Source of the DNA: a plasmid
Sequence record: NZ_CP120538.1
Reading direction: 5' to 3' (one strand)
Length of the DNA stretch: 9,630 nucleotides
Under the pieces are notes generated by a model. It was not told where the DNA came from, searched no databases, and saw nothing but the letters and a program-made list of their open reading frames with translations. Below are positions 1-4,831 of this stretch, in pieces (the first letter of the stretch is position 1; every line of letters begins with the position of its first letter). The translations under genes were made by a program, and so were the position numbers.

Positions 1-199
1 TCTAAATGTTCTTATATCTGTAGTGGACATTTATTTTATCTAATTGAGCGAGATCCGAAAGAGATCCTGATTTAGAACCTTCGTTATGTTTCCTCTATCT
101 AGTTTTTCGGCGTTTTTTATATTCACCCTTTACGATTACTCAAAACTCAATCAAGCGCGTTATACGACGTTTAACGTATGGTGATAAAAATTAGTTAAT

Positions 200-326
200 A
201 TTTTTATTGAATGAGACTTATCATTAAATCATGATAGCATGAAGTTTTATTTTAATCTCAATCTAAATATGGCAATATAACCAACTACAACATGAAATAA
301 TGAAAGAGTGAAATCATGATAATTTC
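200..326 (+). promoter_or_regulatory. Putative parA/parF promoter-operator region. It holds the inverted repeat TATCAT-N6-ATGATA (219-236), the palindrome ATCATGAT (228-235), and a second ATCATGAT (313-320) overlapping the parA start codon.
   Basis: Seen directly: TTGAAT at 207-212 as a possible -35. The 12-mer TGAAATCATGAT occurs at 309-320 and again at 1215-1226. The palindromes sit on the start codon, as expected for an autoregulated par operator. Confidence 0.45.
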
Positions 327-936
327 TTGCATTGGTCAGAAAGGTGGTGGTGCAAAAAGCACTATAGCCAGAACGTTAGCCGTAGGTTTTACTGAAGCCG
401 GTTGGAAAACTCACCTTGCAGATATTGACGAAAAACAGCAAACCTCTTTGAAGTGGTGCAAAAGAAGAGAAGATGCCGGCTTAGCTGTTGTTGATTGTGC
501 ATTATATCGGCGAATTGAAACTGCAGTTAAAATAAAAGATCAATATCATTTGCTAATTATCGATGGAAGACCTGCAGCGGAGACGACTTCGTTAGACGTA
601 GCTCTCGAGTCAGACCTTGTTCTGGTTTCTACTGGAACAACAATTGACGACTTAGAGCCATCATTAGAGTTAGTGAGAGAGCTGATCAAAAAGGGAATAG
701 ATAAAGATAAGATTACTTTTATTGTTGCTAAATCCCCGTCTGACAGTGAAGGCGCTAAGGCTCAAGAAACCATAAGGGCTTGGGGCTTTAATGTGCTTAA
801 TTCAATAATTCCTTTTAAAACGAGCTACGGAAACGCACTTGATCTAGGTAGAGCATTGAATGAAACCTCGTTTAAGTCATTAAATCTTATTGCTAAAAAT
901 ATGATTGAAGAAGTTCATGATATAATTAATTCATGA
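316..936 (+). CDS. parA: Plasmid partition ATPase, ParA/ParF-type small Walker-type ATPase (206 aa)
   Basis: Deviant Walker A KGGGAKST near the N-terminus (GQKGGGAKST). Walker B-like hhhhDG (LLIIDGRP). 206 aa is the size of type Ib ParA/ParF proteins. Followed by a small RHH gene. AAGAG RBS 7 nt upstream of the ATG. Confidence 0.85.
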   Translation: MIISCIGQKGGGAKSTIARTLAVGFTEAGWKTHLADIDEKQQTSLKWCKRREDAGLAVVDCALYRRIETAVKIKDQYHLLIIDGRPAAETTSLDVALESDLVLVSTGTTIDDLEPSLELVRELIKKGIDKDKITFIVAKSPSDSEGAKAQETIRAWGFNVLNSIIPFKTSYGNALDLGRALNETSFKSLNLIAKNMIEEVHDIINS

Positions 937-947
937 TATCATGAATT
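928..947. promoter_or_regulatory. Perfect 20-bp palindrome AATTCATGATATCATGAATT overlapping the parA stop codon. Preceded by a direct copy of TTCATGATAT at 914-923.
   Basis: Seen directly. Belongs to the same TCATGA-centred motif family as 228-235, 313-320 and 1211-1234. Candidate ParG-type operator or centromere site. Confidence 0.5.
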
Positions 948-986
948 GGTATTGTGAATAAAATTGATTAATTAGTAGAGGTGAGA

Positions 987-1214
987 ATGAAAGCGCCAAA
1001 AAGTAATATCAAATTAACACCACCACAAGATAATGAGCCAACCCTTGACGTGACAGGGAAAGGAGCAAAACCTGATACAGATATCAAGCCTATTCAAATA
1101 AAAATTCCTGTTAACAAACATAAAGAAATGAAAGCGTATGCTGCAGAGCAGGGGATCTCAATGACAGAAATGTTATTGACTGGATATGAAATGTATCGAA
1201 GTAAAATGAATTAA
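987..1214 (+). CDS. ParG-like ribbon-helix-helix centromere-binding / partition adaptor protein (about 75 aa; ATG at 987 preferred over GTG at 981)
   Basis: Small basic protein immediately downstream of parA. C-terminal RHH pattern (KIPVNKHKEMKAYAAEQGISMTEMLL), basic and proline-rich flexible N-terminal tail. GAGG RBS at 976-980. Size matches ParG (76 aa) of ParF/ParG systems. Confidence 0.55.
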   Translation: MKAPKSNIKLTPPQDNEPTLDVTGKGAKPDTDIKPIQIKIPVNKHKEMKAYAAEQGISMTEMLLTGYEMYRSKMN

Positions 1215-1234
1215 TGAAATCATGATTTCATTAA
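1211..1234. promoter_or_regulatory. Perfect 24-bp palindrome TTAATGAAATCATGATTTCATTAA immediately after the parG-like stop, followed by a T-rich run. Operator/centromere site and possible weak terminator.
   Basis: Seen directly. Shares the TGAAATCATGAT 12-mer with the parA start region (309-320). Confidence 0.5.
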
Positions 1235-1307
1235 TTTGTTTGTGTTATATCAAATAGTTAGTTGGATTTTTAATTGTTTGTTATTTTTACATTCAGTATT
1301 TTCTTAT

Positions 1308-1336
1308 TTGAATATTTTGTATTTCAGTAATAAAAT
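1308..1336 (+). promoter_or_regulatory. Candidate sigma70 promoter TTGAAT-17-TAAAAT, reading rightward into the recombinase segment. Predicted start about 1343, at the edge of inverted-repeat site A.
   Basis: Hexamers and spacing seen directly. The region is AT-rich, so this may be fortuitous. Confidence 0.35.
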
Positions 1337-1340
1337 GCCA

Positions 1341-1363
1341 GTATCAAAAACCGAACGGTTATT
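1341..1363. repeat. Site A of a perfect 23-bp inverted repeat, GTATCAAAAACCGAACGGTTATT. The outer half TATCAAAAACCG plus central AA resembles the Hin/Gin hix half-site (TTATCAAAAACC, AA core).
   Basis: Exact reverse-complement copy at 2583-2605. Half-site similarity is from recall of hixL (TTCTTGAAAACC AA GGTTTTTGATAA). Confidence 0.7.
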
Positions 1364-1365
1364 AT

Positions 1366-1860
1366 TTAAAAATATTGAATTGAAAGGCTTTTTTTGCCTT
1401 CATCTCGATAAATCTCTTTTCCAGAAGCTCCCTTACCTTTCTCGCTTGAAATAAGAAGTTTTCTACCTAAAATGGAATCCATATAGTTTTTTTCATAAGT
1501 ATCAGAGCTAACTAGTGTTGAAGAACAAATATTTTTGTTTGTATTCGTATTTGTGAATTTAACAGTGAAGACTTTTTTGGCTGTGTCTTTTAGCTCTTTA
1601 GCAGATAGCCCACCATAGGAAACATTGATCAGTGTTGGAGAGGTCAATTGGTTGAACTCTTTTTCAGAGTAGTAATCACCGTTCTTTGTGATATAGAAAA
1701 ATTGAGAGCCACTAATGTAATATTTTTCGTTATGTCGATCTCTATCATTTTCTATATTAGAACAAAAAGCGGAATGGTCACCTAACCCGAACTGGTGAGA
1801 GTAATATGCACAGCCATTTAACGTAAATAATGATATGAATATGATTGATAATGATTTCAT
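1366..1860 (-). CDS. Lipoprotein of unknown function (164 aa), inside the putative invertible segment
   Basis: N-terminal signal peptide with lipobox LNGC (MKSLSIIFISLFTLNGC). No recognisable domain. The gene ends 3 bp inside site A. Confidence 0.65.
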   Translation of the reverse strand: MKSLSIIFISLFTLNGCAYYSHQFGLGDHSAFCSNIENDRDRHNEKYYISGSQFFYITKNGDYYSEKEFNQLTSPTLINVSYGGLSAKELKDTAKKVFTVKFTNTNTNKNICSSTLVSSDTYEKNYMDSILGRKLLISSEKGKGASGKEIYRDEGKKSLSIQYF

Positions 1861-1884
1861 GCTAAATATTACTCTTTGAATTAT

Positions 1885-2475
1885 TTAAATTTTATTAGCG
1901 TTCCAGTGTCTTTTTACTGTTGCTATACCAATACCTAAATGCTTTGCTACTTTGCTTTGGCTTAAACCTGCTTCTTTGGCTATTTGTATAGCTTCTTTAT
2001 GAATGCTTGACCCTTTAGGCCTCCCCAGTGTGACGCCTTTCGCTTTGGCTTTTCTTAATCCTTCATGTGTTCTCTCGATAATCCGAGATTTTTCAAATTC
2101 AGCAAAAGAGGCAAAAAGTTGCATCATTAATTTACCTTCTGCAGACATGAGATCGGCTATTGGTAAATCGAGACAAATTAGGTTTATTTCTTTCTCACTT
2201 AATAAGCTTATCGTTTTTTGAATATCGATATTATCTCTTCCTAAGCGATCTAATTTCAAAACAACTAACGAGTCACCCGCTTCCAGCTTATTGTTAACCA
2301 AGTTAGCAAAATGGGGACGTTGCATTGCAGGAACACCACCACTAATAGTCTCATTCACAACCCTATAATCTGGAATATCTTTAAATTCTGCTCTCCAATT
2401 ACGTATTGCCATAACTTGGTTTTCTGTATCTTGTTCTACCTTTGAACACCTACAATAAATAAAAATTCTACCCAT
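1885..2475 (-). CDS. Serine recombinase of the resolvase/DNA-invertase family (196 aa); Hin/Gin/Pin-like DNA invertase favoured
   Basis: N-terminal catalytic region IYCRCSKVEQD (R-x-S...Q). Conserved GDSLVVLKLDRLGR. ERTHEGLRKAKAKGVTLGRPKG, then a C-terminal HTH (HLGIGIATVKRH) resembling the Hin C-terminus. The gene lies between inverted hix-like sites, as hin does in the Salmonella H segment. Confidence 0.9.
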   Translation of the reverse strand: MGRIFIYCRCSKVEQDTENQVMAIRNWRAEFKDIPDYRVVNETISGGVPAMQRPHFANLVNNKLEAGDSLVVLKLDRLGRDNIDIQKTISLLSEKEINLICLDLPIADLMSAEGKLMMQLFASFAEFEKSRIIERTHEGLRKAKAKGVTLGRPKGSSIHKEAIQIAKEAGLSQSKVAKHLGIGIATVKRHWNANKI

Positions 2476-2582
2476 AACTTTATCCTCCTAAGAATCATTA
2501 ATCGGTATCATAATGTTTTAAGGTATCAATAAGTTATGTCAATGCTTTTGTAGCGAATAAAGTTACCTATATCCCTAATATC
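2476..2582. promoter_or_regulatory. Divergent control region between the recombinase gene and the Zn-ribbon gene. Contains three additional hix-half-like motifs: GGTATCATAATG (2504), GGTATCAATAAG (2522), ATATCAATAACC (2578).
   Basis: Motifs seen directly. Could be accessory recombinase sites (res subsite-like), a promoter region, or both. Confidence 0.4.
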
Positions 2583-2605
2583 AATAACCGTTCGGTTTTT
2601 GATAC
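2583..2605. repeat. Site B of the 23-bp inverted repeat (AATAACCGTTCGGTTTTTGATAC), exact reverse complement of 1341-1363
   Basis: Seen directly. Identity extends imperfectly to about 26 bp. Confidence 0.7.
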
Positions 2606-2631
2606 CGTAAAAATACTTAGGGGGAATAGGT

Positions 2632-2943
2632 ATGGCTGAGTGTCCATTTTGTAAATCAGAGGTTCATGATGAAGCTTCGATATGTCGAAGCTGTGGAGCT
2701 GAAAAAGTTGACTCATTCGGGGGGCACTTTAATAAAGCATTTAAAGAGACTCAACATGGAGTAGCGCCATTAGGTTTTGTAGGATTGCTTATTGGGGGGC
2801 TTTTGGGGCTTTCAGTCGGCATGAATTCAAATGGTGTTCTAGGTTTTATTGTATTCATACTTATTCTTTTATTTTTTATAACGCTCCCTGCTTTATTAAG
2901 AACACTACTTTTTAGAAGAAATAAGACAATTTGGTATAGATAA
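2632..2943 (+). CDS. Small membrane protein with an N-terminal zinc-ribbon (CPFC...CRSC) and two predicted C-terminal TM helices (103 aa)
   Basis: Two Cys pairs C-x2-C spaced 13 aa apart. Hydrophobic stretches LGFVGLLIGGLLGLSVG and VLGFIVFILILLFFITLPALL. GGGGG RBS 8 nt before the ATG. Confidence 0.65.
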   Translation: MAECPFCKSEVHDEASICRSCGAEKVDSFGGHFNKAFKETQHGVAPLGFVGLLIGGLLGLSVGMNSNGVLGFIVFILILLFFITLPALLRTLLFRRNKTIWYR

Positions 2944-2962
2944 CTTATAAATAGGAATAATT

Positions 2963-3484
2963 ATGTCTAAGTTTAAATGTTCAGTATTAGCTTTAACGGT
3001 ATTAGCTTTGTCTGGTTGTGGTGAGAAAAGCGACATAGAGAACGCGATAAATAAAAACATAGAAAATAAGGAGTATTGTTATAGCCTACAAGATAATGAT
3101 ATTTCATTTCCTATCACAATAGGACGAGATAACTTTTCTCAAGATTTTTCACCTATTTTAAAAGGATTAGCTAATCAAGGGTTAGTAACTTTACATAATC
3201 AAGGTTATAGGGATTATGTTATAAGCTTAACCGAAAAGGGGGCTAAAACAGATTTTTGGGATAAAAAACGTGGTGTGTGTATGGGGAAACGGGTTGTTGA
3301 CGATATAAAAGAGTGGACTGAAGGTGAGCAAAATACAATCATGGTCACATATACAGAGAAATTAGTTGATGTTCCTCGTTGGGTAGATAAAAAGTCTTTC
3401 TCTGATATTGAAGGAATGGATAGCCCTGCAGAGAAACGTGCTGTTTTAAAAAAAACAAGTAATGGTTGGAAAGTTTGGAATTAA
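2963..3484 (+). CDS. Lipoprotein of unknown function (173 aa)
   Basis: Signal peptide plus lipobox LSGC (MSKFKCSVLALTVLALSGCGEK). Follows the Zn-ribbon gene after a 19-nt gap, so probably an operon. No known domain recognised. Confidence 0.7.
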   Translation: MSKFKCSVLALTVLALSGCGEKSDIENAINKNIENKEYCYSLQDNDISFPITIGRDNFSQDFSPILKGLANQGLVTLHNQGYRDYVISLTEKGAKTDFWDKKRGVCMGKRVVDDIKEWTEGEQNTIMVTYTEKLVDVPRWVDKKSFSDIEGMDSPAEKRAVLKKTSNGWKVWN

Positions 3485-3504
3485 TATAAAACTTTTTCAA
3501 AAAA

Positions 3505-3544
3505 ACACAGAAAGCAGACAAAACAAGTTTTGCCTGCTTTCTGT
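3505..3544. terminator. Long perfect hairpin (CACAGAAAGCAG-A-CAAAAC-AA-GTTTTG-C-CTGCTTTCTGTG) downstream of lipoprotein gene 2. A-run on one side and a T7 run on the opposite strand.
   Basis: Seen directly. The T-run is stronger on the minus strand, so it may act bidirectionally. Confidence 0.55.
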
Positions 3545-3585
3545 GTTGTCATAACTAAATTTAATAGTATTCGATAGATAAAAAT

Positions 3586-3639
3586 TTGACATTACCTTTT
3601 TATGTATTATTTATATTGCTAAATAATCGATTAAATAAC
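3586..3639 (+). promoter_or_regulatory. Candidate promoter (TTGACA at 3586-3591 with an AT-rich -10 around 3608-3616) immediately followed by operator copy P1, GCTAAATAATCGATTAAATAAC (3618-3639)
   Basis: Seen directly. The -10 assignment is ambiguous in AT-rich DNA. The palindrome core TAATCGATTA is shared with three copies at 4196-4287. Confidence 0.45.
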
Positions 3640-3655
3640 TATAAAGAGGTTTATA

Positions 3656-4186
3656 ATGAATTATAATTTACCAAGCCCAGAGGAAATGATTAAACAATTA
3701 GGTGATTTAATTAATAAAAGGAATGAAAAAGAGAGGTTGGGAGATTTTTTCAATAATGATTATTTTTCTGAGTTCAGAAAATGTATAAACAATGAAGTTT
3801 CTGAAATAAAAAACATGGAGGTTAAAAGGTCAATAAAAGGTGCATATTTAAGCGCTTGTATAAAAAGATACAAAAGGAACATAGTAAAAGACTACATACT
3901 TAAAATAGCGCTTATTGAGGGGTTAGACCTGACTCAGAGGATAGCAGATCTATTTTTTATTGAATGCCTAGGAAGAAGTGTGGGAGAGTTCTTTCTCAAT
4001 GAGCATTTTTCTGGGTTGCAATATAAAGAAAATAAATTAACTAAAATAAAAAGAACGAGTGAAAATATTGTATTAAATCCAGTAAAAAAAGAAGAAGTAA
4101 AAGGAATTATAGCAAAATATAAAAATCAAATTATCGACTCAGTAGAAAAAATAAAATGTTATTTTTACGAAGCTAAGCTTTATTGA
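3656..4186 (+). CDS. Hypothetical cytoplasmic protein (176 aa), no recognisable family
   Basis: ORF with a GAGG RBS (AAAGAGGTTTATAATG). Lys-rich with no TM segment or signal peptide. Bracketed by the TAATCGATTA operator family. Confidence 0.6.
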   Translation: MNYNLPSPEEMIKQLGDLINKRNEKERLGDFFNNDYFSEFRKCINNEVSEIKNMEVKRSIKGAYLSACIKRYKRNIVKDYILKIALIEGLDLTQRIADLFFIECLGRSVGEFFLNEHFSGLQYKENKLTKIKRTSENIVLNPVKKEEVKGIIAKYKNQIIDSVEKIKCYFYEAKLY

Positions 4187-4195
4187 AATACTATT

Positions 4196-4287
4196 GCTAT
4201 TTAATCGACTATATAACTTTTAGTATCTAAGCTAATTAATCGATTAATTGATATTAATAACTAAAGCTAAATAATCGATTAATTAGC
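4196..4287. repeat. Array of three 22-bp near-palindromic operator-like repeats at a regular 35-bp pitch. P2 GCTATTTAATCGACTATATAAC (4196-4217), P3 GCTAATTAATCGATTAATTGA (4231-4251, with a perfect 16-bp palindrome AATTAATCGATTAATT), P4 GCTAAATAATCGATTAATTAGC (4266-4287).
   Basis: Seen directly. A fourth copy (P1) at 3618-3639 shares 17 identical nt with P4. P4 lies just upstream of a TTGACT hexamer (4304-4309) ahead of the mob genes. Confidence 0.7.
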
Positions 4288-4339
4288 TTTAAATGTAAAT
4301 ATTTGACTTTTATTTTATTTGTTTTATTTACTTTATATG

Positions 4340-4430
4340 TGAGAGAGCAAGCTCAGACAATACTGCGTATTGTCGCTTGTGAGGGGTTGGCTTCGCCCTC
4401 CCCTTCAATCCCCACCCAAGGGCGGAAAAA
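4340..4430. other. Candidate oriT / nic region: hairpin GACAATAC-TGC-GTATTGTC (4356-4374), followed by a conspicuously GC-rich structured island (4381-4425; GAGGGG..GGC-TTC-GCC..CCCCTT stem-loop; CGCCC/GGGCG repeat) in otherwise about 30% GC DNA
   Basis: Lies upstream of mobC, where ColE1-superfamily oriT elements are found. Structures seen directly. No nic consensus could be matched with confidence. Confidence 0.45.
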
Positions 4431-4469
4431 CTAAAAGAAAAAATCAAAACCTAATCGGAGGTGTTATTT

Positions 4470-4829
4470 ATGGAAGTGAAAAAGTTTTACAAAGATCGCT
4501 ATCAGAGAAAAAATTTTGTGCGTTTATGTTTTAATGATTTCGAGTTTTCTATTGTTGAACAAATCGCAAAAGATAAAAGGAAAAGCAAAGCTACCGCATT
4601 GCGTGAATTTATTCTCGATAAAGAAATAAAAATTAAAAAAGATATTCAGTTAACAGATCGATCTGGTGTTTATTATGAATTACACAAAATTGGTGTGAAC
4701 ATAAACCAAATTGCTAAAAAAATGAATACAGATTTGGAATCATTTTTATCTGGTAATGGTGAGGAATTCGCTTATTTAATGGAGGAAATCTTCGAATATA
4801 TTGAATATATAAAGAACAGGATAAATTAA
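4470..4829 (+). CDS. mobC: MobC/MbeC-family mobilization accessory protein (about 119 aa from the ATG at 4470; the listed GTG at 4461 has no room for an RBS)
   Basis: MobC signature L-x3-G-x-N-x-N-Q-x-A-x3-N present (LHKIGVNINQIAKKMN). GGAGG RBS at 4456-4460. Stop overlaps/abuts the relaxase start (4832). Confidence 0.8.
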   Translation: MEVKKFYKDRYQRKNFVRLCFNDFEFSIVEQIAKDKRKSKATALREFILDKEIKIKKDIQLTDRSGVYYELHKIGVNINQIAKKMNTDLESFLSGNGEEFAYLMEEIFEYIEYIKNRIN

Positions 4830-4831
4830 TT

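Noticed and set aside
1-33. Possible minus-strand ATG at 28-30 opening an ORF that would run off the left edge of the window
   Set aside because: Only about 10 codons are visible and there is no RBS or other support. Cannot be assessed without upstream sequence.
1236-1454. 72-aa plus-strand ORF spanning the hix-like site A and overlapping the 3' end of the lipoprotein gene
   Set aside because: No RBS. Low-complexity hydrophobic translation of AT-rich intergenic DNA. It runs across a recombination site and antisense into a well-supported gene. The promoter-like element found here lies downstream of its start.
2003-2221. 72-aa plus-strand ORF antisense inside the serine recombinase gene
   Set aside because: Entirely internal and antisense to a gene with clear family motifs. 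No RBS.
1885-2475. Interpreting the serine recombinase as the TnpR of a Tn3-family transposon
   Set aside because: There is no transposase gene and no 38-bp terminal inverted repeats anywhere in the window. The flanking repeats are hix-like 23-mers, not Tn3 ends.
3656-4186. Tried to read the 176-aa ORF plus flanking palindromes as a toxin-antitoxin or ImmA/IrrE-type module
   Set aside because: No small partner ORF. No HTH, protease or nuclease motif recognisable by eye. Left as hypothetical.
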